From: Octopus bimaculoides
Taxonomy: Eukaryota
Reading direction: 5' to 3'
DNA length: 60,968 bases
Assembly (NCBI RefSeq): GCF_001194135.2
Contig: NC_068989.1
Coordinates: forward strand, 70,091,506 to 70,152,473
Of the stretch, positions 24,370 through 36,657 are shown piece by piece. Within the stretch, counting starts at the first letter, position 1. Every line of letters starts with the position of its first letter. The position numbers and the translations under genes were made by a program. The notes below the pieces were generated by a model. It had not been told where the DNA came from, ran no database searches, and saw only the letters and a program-made list of their open reading frames with translations.

Positions 24370-24525
24370 GGCAAATGAAAAACTGAAGATGGAATATATG
24401 AGAATTTATTATTAATCACAATTGTTTCGACACATCTAGCATCAATTCCTCATGAGAGGGACACTCAACAACTCATCAGGTGATAAATAAATACAACTCC
24501 AGTAAGCAACCAGGTGTAAACCAAT

Positions 24526-24564
<39 letters not shown>

Positions 24565-24581
24565 TCAAAACAGTTTGATTC

Positions 24582-24640
24582 AAATTCATTGGTACTCTTG
24601 AGTTTCAAGTGAGATGCTAGTCATCAGCCATTTTGAATTT
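24582..24640 (-). ncRNA. Type I hammerhead ribozyme candidate
   Basis: AAATTCA-AAA-TGG-CTGATGA-CTAGCATCTCACTT-GAAA-CTC-AA-GAG-TA-CCA-A-TGAATTT: intact core, bulged stem I, GUA cleavage triplet; stem II weak (T.T closing). Confidence 0.5.
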
Positions 24641-25005
24641 GAATGACAGAAGTTGATCGTTGTTACCGTAAGGTGGGCTGCGATTGGTTGAGGAAGGTCA
24701 CGCGATGTCATGGTTTGATGTTGGTATATGGGTAACAGTTAGTTGGAAAATATCGAATGGCAAACAAGAAACTGACCACATGGAGAACAGGAAATGGAGC
24801 ACATGGCAATTAGAAATCGGTCAGATTGTTGTGTGTGGGGAAGTAGGAAGGGGCAGCATGTGCAAGTATATAGTTCTATATGTGGGTGTGCAGAGTGCTC
24901 ATATAGTTTTGCCTGCATTTGTATATTGATGCATGTGTGTGCATCTGTACATGGGTGTGCATGTGTATACTTGTGCACACGTGCACAAGTATACACACAC
25001 AAAAC

Positions 25006-25073
25006 AAGCATTGGAGATTGGTAAGCATTGGGAATTGATAAGCATTGGGGATTGATATGCGTTGGGAGTTGAT
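25006..25073. repeat. 17-bp minisatellite x4
   Basis: AAGCATTGGAGATTGGT / AAGCATTGGGAATTGAT / AAGCATTGGGGATTGAT / ATGCGTTGGGAGTTGAT. Confidence 0.8.
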
Positions 25074-25127
25074 AAATATTGAGTATCGAGAATAAATCAA
25101 CCTTTAATCGAGAATAAATCAACTTGT

Positions 25128-25700
25128 AGATTCACCCAGTTCGACATTGTATACTTCTACCCTTCCATATCTAAGCCCCTCCTTCAGAAAGCCTTAACTT
25201 TTGCTGAGCAATACATCAGCATTAGTGACCTTGACATCAGAATTATCATGAATGCCAGAAAGTCAATTCTGTCCCACAACAATTCCTTCTGGGTGAAAAA
25301 AGCAGGCGACCCATTGTTCAATGTTTTCATGGGGAGCTTTGACAGGGCTGAAATCGCCCACATAGGTGAGCCCTCTATAAGGATGACAACCTGGCTATCT
25401 CAAGCCATATGAATGGCTACACCATGGACAGGTTCAAGAAGGACTTGATAAAAAAATATTTAAGGAGTTCAGCCTGTCCATAACGGTTACCACCAACCTG
25501 ACTACAGTCGACTTCTTGGGCGTAATCTTAGACCTCAGTACGAGAAAGTATTACCCATATAGAAAGCCTAATGAGGATACAGAATACATCCACAAGAGCT
25601 CAAACCATCCCACTGCTGTAATTAGAAATCTGGTTCCAGGCATTAGTAAATGACTATCTAATCTCTCATCCAATAGAGAGATCTTTAACAGGGCCACCCC
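25128..25700 (+). pseudogene. Penelope-like element reverse transcriptase fragment
   Basis: FDIVYFYPSI...MGSFDRAE...LYKDDNL...VDFLGVILDL...YYPYRKP...YIHKSSNHP are PLE-type RT motifs; internal deletion, frameshift and one stop. Confidence 0.8.
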
Positions 25701-25736
25701 CTCACGCACGCGCGCACACATGCATGCGCGCACGCA

Positions 25737-25791
<55 letters not shown>

Positions 25792-26137
25792 GATATTATC
25801 TTCCCATGTGACATGATACAATGCTCAGAACAGTCTGAAACAGGATAACAAATAATAAAACACCAACAGACAAAGTTGACTATATTGAGACCAATGGACA
25901 AAAGAATATTAGTGAAACTTAAAAATTAAACACCTGCCAAGTTTTTTCTTCCTTTTCTATGGCAGTTGGTTGATTTTGGTTTTGAAGAAGATAGCTTTGG
26001 GCTAGTGGTTCCCTATATTTTCAGTTGATCAATCAATGACTTGATAAGATTGAACCATGAACACACCCAAATGTATATCTGAAGCAGCTGAAAGCCCATA
26101 AAAAAATAAATGTATGTAATCTATTATTTCTGTGCGA

Positions 26138-26376
26138 AACTTCTGGTGATTTGCTGTGCTTGAGAAGACACATAAAAGGCACCCATTCCAGTGACATGTA
26201 AAAGGCACACACTACACTCTGTGAAATGGTTGGCATTAGGAAAATCATCCAGCCATAGAAGCCAAGCCAAAACAGACTGGAGCCTGGTGCAGGTCTCTAG
26301 TTTACAAGCTCCAGTCAAACCATCTAATCCATGCCAGCATGGAAAATGGATATTAAATGATGATGATGATGATGAT
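26138..26376 (+). mobile_element. RTE 3' end fragment with (GAT)n tail
   Basis: TTTGCTGTGCTTGAGAAGAC (FAVLEK), then TGGTTGGCATTAGGAA...CCATGCCAGCATGGAAAATGGA.ATTAAA(TGA)n. Confidence 0.7.
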
Positions 26377-26787
26377 AAAGGTGATACAAATGTAATTGAA
26401 AAGTGATTAAAATTCTCAGTAGACTTATATAAACAAATAAAGGATGAAAATATGTGATAATCTTTTATCTTACTATCTTAATTTATCAAAAGGTTATCAG
26501 AAAAATTAAGAAATTAAGATAAATAGTGGCTGTAATATTTCATTTAAATATATTAAATATTTTTATATTTAATCCTGATTTACACTCTGTGAGAGGTATT
26601 CAAAGAAAATGAGAAGTTTAAGTTTACAAGCTTGAAATTCCTATATTTCTTATTTTCTTTGAATAGCTCCCAGAGTGTAAACCAGCCAGAATATAATGTA
26701 AAAATATCTTATATATCTAAATGAAATACATCTATTTATCTTTATTTAAAAGTCATGCAATAATTATTTTAAGTTTATTGTGCAATT

Positions 26788-26852
26788 TCCTCCTCCTCCT
26801 CCTCCTCCTCCTCCTCCTCCCCATCATCATCATCATCATCATCATCATCACT

Positions 26853-26886
<34 letters not shown>

Positions 26887-26938
26887 CTATCATCATCATC
26901 ATCATCATCATTATCATCATCATCATCCTCATCACCAT
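26788..26938. repeat. Compound (CCT)n/(CAT)n microsatellite
   Basis: Direct reading of the sequence. Confidence 0.9.
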
Positions 26939-27455
26939 CTAACGTTCGTTTTTGGATGCTTGACAGTCTTAGATATCACAAAATTTTAACTTCACAAAAA
27001 TAAAAGAAAAAAGTGACATAACATGTCATATATGGTAAATATTAATTAATTATGTATGAAAACGCATTTCTAGTAGTTTCCAAAACAAACTGTTTTGTTT
27101 TTAGCCCCAGAAAGAAGCTGTTGCTCTAACAAACATACAATCTTAATGATGACATTTCAAGAAATCATATTGATTCAGAGAAAGGCTAAAAATAATTTCT
27201 GATTTAGAATTAGATCACTTGCTCTACAGTATGCTATGTAACTTACACATAATTACATACACACACACACATATATATGTATGTACTTATATATATATAT
27301 CTGTATATGTATAAACATATATATTTATATATACATACACTCACATATATGTGTATATAGTAGCAACTAAAGTATTATATGTATATATGTATGCAATCTA
27401 TATGTGTGTGTATGTATACACATACATATGTGTGTGTATATATATATATATATAT

Positions 27456-27620
27456 TCTCTGAGTGGTTGGCGTTAGGAAGGGCATCCAGCTGTAGAAACT
27501 CTGCCAAATCAGATTGGAGCCTGCTGTTGCCATCCGGTTTCACCAGTCCTCAGTCAAATCGTCCAACCCATGCTAGCATGGAAAGCGGACGTTAAACGAT
27601 GATGATGATGATGATGATGA
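27456..27620 (+). mobile_element. Young RTE 3' tail inserted in (TA)n
   Basis: Only ~2 substitutions versus 7234-7397 over ~145 bp. Confidence 0.85.
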
Positions 27621-27790
27621 TATATATGTATGTATGTATGTATGTATTTATTTATATATATATATCACTTTTTATTTGTTTTACATGATTTCTGATGTGG
27701 AATCATCTGTTGAAACAGACATTGATAAAATAACCCTCCTACAGTACAACAACACTCACTCTCACACGCACACACATGCGCACGCATGCA

Positions 27791-27838
<48 letters not shown>

Positions 27839-28039
27839 CACATACATGCTACAAAGCCCCCACAAACTAGAAACTGTTATCTAAGTGTTATCCAAGCTTA
27901 ATGAGATTATCTATGAAGAAAATGAACCAATATCAATATAAGTAATCACCATTAACCATGAATCTACAAATACTTTCAAATTCAAAAGAACGAAGGACAA
28001 CTCAGAATAATGAGAACCTAACACAAACATTCACAAACA

Positions 28040-28330
28040 AGCATATGAAATATACATCCCAATCATCAGATGCCAAATGAACTTCACTATGATTTCAACA
28101 CCCAAGCAATAACATGCAATCTGGCAGTGTCAACAGTATTTAAAATGCAAATGCTGCCTGGCAGTCAATAGAAATCTCCTTTTAAGAATATTCCTTGTAG
28201 TGAATATTTAGGCATATTTACAAATGGAAAATTCAAAACAACCCCCATTTTAAAAATAAAAGAAGAAAATGAAAAATATAAAAAACAAAAGAATGTCAGA
28301 TACAGATTTTTATTCCAAAACTACACCAAG
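28040..28330 (+). pseudogene. Highly decayed PLE GIY-YIG C-terminal remnant
   Basis: PCSEYLGIFTNGKFKTTPILKIKEENE parallels IPCIEHLNICANGKFKIF at 45472-45525. Confidence 0.45.
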
Positions 28331-28544
28331 AATATTGATGACTACTTCCAAACGCTGCTACTACTGCAAGGATAACAATGCGCAAAAATTTGGTTTATAT
28401 CTCTCATCTGAAAAACTGATAACAGCCAAAAGCACTTACACAAGAATCCTTTCATATTTTCCAACAGATCTATGTTAATCTACTTTTTTAAAGATCTTTC
28501 AGATAATTGAAGAATTTTTTAAAGATATTATGACTATATAGACA

Positions 28545-28932
28545 TAGGAGTGGCTGTGTGGTAAGTAGCTTGTTTACCTACTACATGATTCCAGGTTCAG
28601 TCCCACTGCACGGCACCTTGGGTAAGTGCCTTCTACTATAGCCTCAGGCCAACCAAAGCCTTGTGAATGTATTCGGTAGATAGAAACTGAGAGAAGCCTG
28701 TCATATGTGTGTATGTGTGTGTGTCTTTGTATCTGTGCTTGTCCCCTATCCCTGCTTGACAACCAGTTTTGGTGTGCTTACATCCCTGTAACTTAGCAGT
28801 TTGATAAAAGACATCAATAGAACAAGTACTAGGCTTAAAAAATTAAACCCTAGGGTCGATTTGTTTGACTAAGACCCTGCAAGGCAGTGCTCCAGCATGA
28901 CCACAGTCAAATGACTGAAACTAGTAACAGAA
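28545..28932 (+). mobile_element. SINE family A, full length
   Basis: GGAGTGGCTGTGTGGTAAGTAGC...ATGACTGAAAC. Confidence 0.85.
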
Positions 28933-29314
28933 TATGTATGTATATATGTATGCACACTAGTCTCTTATAAACATTAACTACTTGTGGGTGGTTGAGGGTA
29001 ATTAAGGATGGAAAGACTGATGGCTTTGTTGGATTTGAATGGAGACATTTTTGTACTCAGCAATTATGTGTACAATGTACTGGAGCATATGGAAATTTGT
29101 GAACTGTGTTGCTTTTTTAGTGAATATAGTGTAACCTTTGATGCAAATTGGACATCTAATGTGGTAACTGGCTGAAGGGTATGTGGATTCTATATAAAGC
29201 TAGTAGAGACTATCTTGTCAAGGAACCATAGGGCCTGGTTTTAATTTGTTTGGTGAATGAGCAGGCTGTACAATGCACAGAAGAATATTTTACTTCTCTG
29301 GAGGTTGTCTAGTA

Positions 29315-29572
29315 CAGGGGTTTTCAAACTGTGGTCCGCGGACCACAGGGTGTCCATGGACAGCAAATACTTTTTATGGGCAATTTGATTTTATATATGT
29401 CTTTTAATCGTAATCTTTTAATTGACAATAAACCTATTTGTTAAATACTGTTAAATAAATAAATGTAAAAATATATGTTATTTTAAGCAAATATTTATAT
29501 ATAAATTTCATAAGGCTAAGGTAAAGCCTGAAATATAAAGGGTCCGCAAGTCAAAAAGTTTGAAAACCTCTG
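29315..29572. mobile_element. hAT-type MITE with perfect 8-bp TSD
   Basis: TIRs CAGGGGTTTTCAAACT / AGTTTGAAAACCTCTG; TSD GTCTAGTA at 29307-29314 and 29573-29580. Confidence 0.9.
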
Positions 29573-29904
29573 GTCTAGTAGACGTTGATAAATAAATGCC
29601 TCCTGACTGATGATATTAGGTTCCTTTCTCAAAGGTTAACTCACATAACAGCAGTAGCATAACAACATATGAACCACTAAAACAAATTTTGTAGTTGGGG
29701 TACATTAGTTGTGAGGGATATGAGGAGGGACATACCCAGAAAGCCAGCAACAGTCATCTTGCTTTGCTTAGTTCTCTGAGATAGGTCAGAAGTGAAACAC
29801 ATTTTACTCTTTAGAAAACAGCTTCTATTTTATATAATTGCATCTGATTCTTTACAATGGATTCTTACTTCTTTCATATTTATTTTTTAATTGTTTATAA
29901 ATAT

Positions 29905-30320
29905 ATCATCAACATCATCATCATCATTTAACATACGTTTTCCATACTGGCATGGGTTGAGCAGTTTGACAGGAGCTGGTCAACTGAAGAGAAGCCAGGT
30001 TCCATGCCCTTCCTTACACCAACCACTTTACAGAGTGTACTGGATGTCATTTACACAACACTGACATGAGTGCTTTTACACAGCACCAATATGGATGCTT
30101 TTTATGTCGTACCAACACCCATGAGCCCACAAAATTAGGAATGCTCTACTGAAGAGAGACGCAAGGGACATGCCTGTATGCAAAGACAACCACGATTTTA
30201 CTTAGCTTGATGTATCTTCTCAAGCACAGCAAACTGCCAGGAGTCTAGGTCCCTTGTTATCCCCTCTGTGGGGCCCAACATCTGAAGATCCTTTCTCACC
30301 AATTCATCCCAGGAAAACCA
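29905..30320 (-). mobile_element. RTE LINE 3' fragment (second subfamily)
   Basis: Minus strand VRKDLQMLGPTEGITRDLDSWQFAVLEKIHQAK*, then 3' UTR and (GAT)n tail. Confidence 0.75.
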
Positions 30321-31025
30321 AAACCAAATACTTTATGGTTTGTACCTCTGTCTCTCTTAGTAGCGACCTTCCAAGCAAACGCTATCTGCTTGGAGAGATT
30401 CTGAATGTGATTAATTTTGGAATAGGAACCACAACCCTCTCTATTCATATCTTATAAACATATTTTAAAATACGACCTGTCCCCACTCCCTTCATATCAT
30501 ATCAGCTTATTGAAAAGAAAGGACATATTGGATTAAAATAAATCTAAATACTCAAAATGATCATGGATGGAATGCCTTTGATCATAAAGTTAATCTGTGA
30601 GAAAGCAACAGCATCAAATTTTAATGTCTTCTACTTAAATAAATAAATCATGAATGGTTGCTGTAAACCAGTTGATATTCGAAGCTAAATTCATTTTTGT
30701 TTTCTCTGAAAAGAAAATTCCATGAATTAGATTTTTATGTAAGGTACACAGATAAAGATCTTGGATCTTAAGTTCCAACATTTGTCTCTTATGTTTTATA
30801 ATTCTGAAAATATGATTATAAATCAGATTTGGGATTAGCTGCAAAGTGAAAATAAAGATAAGTGACATGAGAAGTCAAGAAATTGAACATTAATCGACTT
30901 AATCAAATGACTCTTAATTCTAGCTCTAATATTCTTACGCACACACAAACACAAACACACATAAACACACACACACTTAATACACTTGCACATACATAAA
31001 CACACACACAAACTTAATACACTTG

Positions 31026-31064
<39 letters not shown>

Positions 31065-32692
31065 ACACACACACATATAGCTTGACATGTCAAATTGGGA
31101 GCTTGTCTGTGGTCATTTGACTTACTAGAAATGGTAGGAAAATATCCCCAGTGGTTGACGCTGCTATTTAAAAAAAAAGAAAAGAACATGTCAGATAATG
31201 TAGTTCACAGCCTGAGAAAATAAAAGAGATTTGTTACAACTGGAATACTTTTGATAATAGACTAACTCAATCAGAGTTGACCTGAAGTCAATCAACAACA
31301 CTACTGCATTTCTCAATCATTATGTGCATGTAAGGGTGTAGATAGTGTTCTTTACAATTGTCATGTTTGTCTCACCACCACCAACACCACTCATTCTTTT
31401 AATTACTCTTATATCATGTGATATTAATGGAAGACATAATGAAATTTACTTTCGTAATCACTAATTCTCATGGAACCAAGTTAATACTGATTGCCAGCAA
31501 CAGACAGAGCAGTGAGCAATACAACTAGACTTAAAAGAAGTGCTAAACTTCTTGGATGAAATCTTATACAAATTCATCTTACATTCCAGAGGGGCTTTTT
31601 TTTTTCTTGTTACTGGGATGTCCACATTGATTTAAATAAACATTTACTTTGTCTTAGCAGACAGTCAGCCATCTTTAAGATGCTAAACTAGTGACATTTC
31701 TCCAATATTAATCAAACTCGTTATCTTTCTAATGGCTTTCAAATATTACATGAAATTCAGATTCCTCTTGTGGCCTGACGTTTTCCTGTTTGAAGTTGAG
31801 TGACAATGTCGTTAGAATATAATCAATAACCCAAAATATGGAGAAGGCAAATGCAATGAGAAGGGGGAGGAGGAAGAAGATAGGGAGGGAACATGTTCAG
31901 AGAAAAGAGGAGACAATGGTACAAAGACAAGAAAGTGAATTTTATGAAGGAAAAGTGAATTGAAAAGAATAAGAAGAATTTTAAGTTGTTGCCAATAACT
32001 TTCTTGACGCTTATGTTTCTTTTGGGCCTATCTAGTAAAGAACAACGTAGATAAGAAGGAAAAACACGATCATGAGCTATTTGGATATACTGTTCGTTGA
32101 CACTTGATCACCAAAAGAATATATATAACTATGATATAACTATACATGAACTTTTTTTTACATTGGTCATCATCATCATGTCTCAATGTGCATTAAAACC
32201 AAACAGATCATTTTTCTGTATTATTTTCAACTAAATAACACCAAGAGAGACACACAACTATCAAGAAAATAGTCATTCATAAAAACTTATCCTCTTTTTT
32301 TATTATTCATATGTGGTTATTCATAATCGGATACTTTTAATGGGAAGTATATATTGATTTATGTGTGTGTAAATGTATACATATATATATAAGTGTGTGT
32401 TTGTATGTGTGTAGACACACATGTAATTCTGCATGAATATGCATACAATTCGATGATTCAGATGATTACATTTCTGTATTTTTTGTTGTTGTTGTTGGTG
32501 TTTTGTTTTTTGAAGTCCTAAATATTTCAACAGAATGCAATGCAACAAACCAACAACAATATGTTGCATTTGGGAAATACCAAAAAAAAATTTATGTTTC
32601 TCCGACAATTTGGACAGCCCCCCCAAAAATGTACATCAAGAAAGCAATGATATATTAACACTTGGTGGTATAAATCCAGTTAAACATGATAA

Positions 32693-33885
32693 TCTATATA
32701 TATAAAAATGAGAATGTGTGTCTGTCTGTCTGTCTGTCTGTCTGTGTGAATCCCTAAAACTCGAGAACTACGCAACCAATTTCATTCAAATTTTACACAT
32801 GCCTTACTTAGGGTTCCAGTTGTGTTTTAGTCAAAAAATTTTTAACTTCTTGCAGAGTTCGAGCCCACGGCAACATAATATCTCCTCCACTATTTAAGTA
32901 TTACGTGTCAAAAGTGAAACAAAAACACTCCTGTCAAATACTTTCACTTTAAAAATGAAACTATTCTACTAACTGAAACAATCACATTTCGATACTGTAA
33001 NNNNNNNNNNNNNNNNNNNNNNNNNNNNNNNNNNNNNNNNNNNNNNNNNNNNNNNNNNNNNNNNNNNNNNNNNNNNNNNNNNNNNNNNNNNNNNNNNNNN
33101 NNNNNNNNNNNNNNNNNNNNNNNNNNNNNNNNNNNNNNNNNNNNNNNNNNNNNNNNNNNNNNNNNNNNNNNNNNNNNNNNNNNNNNNNNNNNNNNNNNNN
33201 NNNNNNNNNNNNNNNNNNNNNNNNNNNNNNNNNNNNNNNNNNNNNNNNNNNNNNNNNNNNNNNNNNNNNNNNNNNNNNNNNNNNNNNNNNNNNNNNNNNN
33301 NNNNNNNNNNNNNNNNNNNNNNNNNNNNNNNNNNNNNNNNNNNNNNNNNNNNNNNNNNNNNNNNNNNNNNNNNNNNNNNNNNNNNNNNNNNNNNNNNNNN
33401 NNNNNNNNNNNNNNNNNNNNNNNNNNNNNNNNNNNNNNNNNNNNNNNNNNNNNNNNNNNNNNNNNNNNNNNNNNNNNNNNNNNNNNNNNNNNNNNNNNNN
33501 NNNNNNNNNNNNNNNNNNNNNNNNNNNNNNNNNNNNNNNNNNNNNNNNNNNNNNNNNNNNNNNNNNNNNNNNNNNNNNNNNNNNNNNNNNNNNNNCACTT
33601 GCAAAGTGTTGAGTAAAATTATTTCGTTGCAGACCTCCTTTGGGTCTTTTTATTATCACTGCGACACACATAGTCCCCAGTTGGTAACATTGATTTCAAG
33701 GCCCTCCTAGATGAGAGACTGGCATTCCACTTAATGTCTATGTTCCATGCTGGCATGGATTGGAGAGTTATTAATGTAGAAATATGGTATCGTAGCTACT
33801 AACAGTTGAGGGTTGCGTAGTCTAGACGGCGTTTTTAGATTTCATTATTCTCTTTAACCCGGGCAAAGCCGGGTATTTCTGCTAG
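32693..33885 (+). mobile_element. Non-autonomous Helitron H1, both termini present (internal gap 33001-33595)
   Basis: A|TC 5' end; 3' hairpin ACCCGG-GCAAAG-CCGGGT (33857-33874), then CTAG|T at 33882-33886; no TSD. Continuity across the gap is supported by colinearity with the 452-932 copy. Confidence 0.8.
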
Positions 33886-34079
33886 TATATATATATATAT
33901 ATATATGTATGTTGTATGTGTGCATATGTGTGTATGCGTATATACACACACACACACCCACATATATATGTCTTTAGGTTTTAATTGCTAACAGGCCACC
34001 TATATTATAATATATCTAATATATTATAATATATTATTTATACAATACACTTCGACTGTTTTGAACTAGCACAAGCTTT

Positions 34080-34115
<36 letters not shown>

Positions 34116-34190
34116 GAAAAAAAGATTAGAGATATGTACAAATCAAATTTTTATATATAAAAGATGGAGGTGGAAATAGCACAGAAGCAA

Positions 34191-34424
34191 GTCTAAAACA
34201 TTTCATTTTTAGAGAGAATTTAATAAAAATGATTTTTAAAAATTACATAAAGAAAATATTATTGGTTTCGATGAATCTCATTTTATCAAATATCAGTAAA
34301 AATTTATAAAAATTTGAAGTAAAAACAGTTTATTTTCTGTCTGGGGTCAAGAACATGTTCATTTTTATATAATTTTTAAAAATCATTTTTATTAAATTCC
34401 CTCTTAAATTGAAATGTCTTAGAC
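34191..34424. repeat. Inverted repeat (~62 bp arms) with fossil hammerhead next to the left arm
   Basis: Arms 34191-34251 and 34362-34424; minus-strand 34255-34294 reads GATAT-TTGATAA-AATGA-GAT-TCATC-GAAA-CCAA-TA-ATATT. Confidence 0.6.
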
Positions 34425-35134
34425 CATTGAGCCGAGGTTAGATTGATACTCCAATATCTTACTTAGTCATGGTTTTCCTTGCTAATACATGAACTATACA
34501 AATCTACACATAAGACACAATTCAGTAATTTGGAAAATCGAATTTGCTACACAACATTTATGTTCTTTAATCAGCAATTGGTTTTAAACAATGGAGTTGC
34601 AAACAAACAACATTTGATGTCTAGTGAAGAGTAAAGGAAAAATTTCATATTAAAATGAATTGAAACACTTGATCAGGTATACATTCAGTGATGCATGAAT
34701 GCTAACAGGATATTGAAATATTATATAATTTCTTCGTGGATTCTTCAGGTTTATAACAGACAATATTTTTACATTTCTATTTCATTTGTTACATGAGACA
34801 GTAATACAAAATAAACAAAATAAACAAAATATCAGTGACATAACCAACTAGGAATTATATCTGGGAAATCACATGACCAAATAAAACAGAGAACTGAGAA
34901 CTATCTACTGAAATTTAACAAACTCTTTGGAAATAACACAACACAATAAATTGAAATTCTTTGCAATTCTGCATCTGAATTCAAAATATACTGAAAAATA
35001 TTTTTTTTTTTTGCAAATGAAATCTGATGTTTGTCAGAAATTAAATCTCTGAGGAATTACAGTTTTAAAAAAAAATTAGAAGTAGAATATAATGATAAAA
35101 TATACTCTCAATATTTGTGTGTGTGTGTGTGTGT

Positions 35135-35565
35135 TTCAATTTTATATCAATTGTCAAATCTCTGAAAATAATTAAAGAATCACAAGTTATCAACACCCCA
35201 AAACAACCTCTGAATCTCAAAAGACTCTCAACAAAGGCAAAATTCACATCAAAAGAAACAATGCAGGTAACAAATTGTGGGGGAGCCTCTTTGAGGAATG
35301 TGTGAAATAAGTGAATAGGAAGCAACTAAGAGATTCGAGAATGAGAAAGAGTTGAAGGTTAATGCAAACATGAATTGCAAGACATAAAATATCATCTACT
35401 GCATCACTTTTGGCCAGTGTAATTCTTATTACATTCACCATTTAATTTTTATTAATTCCCCATGTGAGAATGCACAAACAAAAAATTAAAGATTCATCTC
35501 TTTGAAATGTTTTACATGATGAAACTCTACATTTCAGCAAATAGAAAATTCAAAATATTTCCTTT
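35135..35565 (+). pseudogene. Penelope-like element linker and GIY-YIG endonuclease remnant
   Basis: KQPLNLKRLSTKAKF, MNCKT*NIIYCITFGQCNSYYI, VRMHKQKIKDSSL, NRKFKIFP in the expected order. Confidence 0.65.
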
Positions 35566-35684
35566 TTTTTTTTTTTCAAAGTAAATGAAGATATTTAACT
35601 ATGAAAAGCAAAAGAAAAATACTTGATAAGGGTATTTAAATCTGAAACTAAATCAAAAATAGTCAATAACATTACAAAAAGCAA

Positions 35685-36150
35685 ATTTGCTTCCCAACCA
35701 CATGGTTCCAGGTTCAGTCAAACACCATGGTACCTTGGGAAAGTGCCTCAGGCCAACCAAAGTCATATGAGTAGATGGAAACTGAAAGAAGCCTATTGTG
35801 TTGCTTTTGTGTCTGTATTTGTTCCCTCATCACCGTTTAACAACTAGTGTTGGCAGCCATGCTGGAGCAGTGCCTTAAACAGTTTTAGTTAAAGATTGAC
35901 ACCAGGACTTATTCTTTGTGAGCTTCTTACTCATTTTATTGGTCTCTTTTGCTGAACCGCTAAGTTATGGGGACATAAACACACCAGCATCAGTTGTCAA
36001 GCGATAGTGGATGGGGGTGGGGAGAAACACAGACACACACATATATATATACATATACGACGGGCTTCTTTCAGTTTCCGTTTGCCAAATCCAATCACAA
36101 GGGTTTGAAACCATGTGGTTAGGAAGCAAGCTTCTTATCATACAGCCATA
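35685..36150. mobile_element. Cluster of SINE family A fragments (plus head, then minus partial copy)
   Basis: Family A blocks on both strands. Confidence 0.7.
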
Positions 36151-36211
36151 ACTGTGCATACACACATACACATACACACACACACACATACATATATATA
36201 TATACATTCAT

Positions 36212-36272
<61 letters not shown>

Positions 36273-36591
36273 TATAGGCATATGTATGTATATGTACGTA
36301 ACATGGCTGGATGTATTTCTTGGGGCTATTGAATAACTTCACTTTACCATACTCTGTTAACAGAATATGGTGAATTAACCTATGGCTGTAGTAGAAGACA
36401 CTTCATACATATATTTCCATCACTTCTTTTCTGGTGCATGAATCTCCTTCTGTACTCATGCGTAACATTCTTTCAGTGTTGCACAGAACAATCTATACAC
36501 ATCTGTTTCTCATTTCCGCCTGCCAAATCCACTCACAAGGCTTTGGAACCATGTGGTTGGGAAGCAGGCTTCTTACCACACAGCCACAACT

Positions 36592-36657
<66 letters not shown>

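Noticed and set aside
25006-25073. CRISPR-like regular repeat
   Set aside because: Units are directly tandem with no spacers, there are no cas genes, and the context is eukaryotic.
26721-26989. Poly-Pro/poly-His or poly-Ile/Met ORFs (also 38611-38824)
   Set aside because: Translations of trinucleotide microsatellites, with no splice or homology support.
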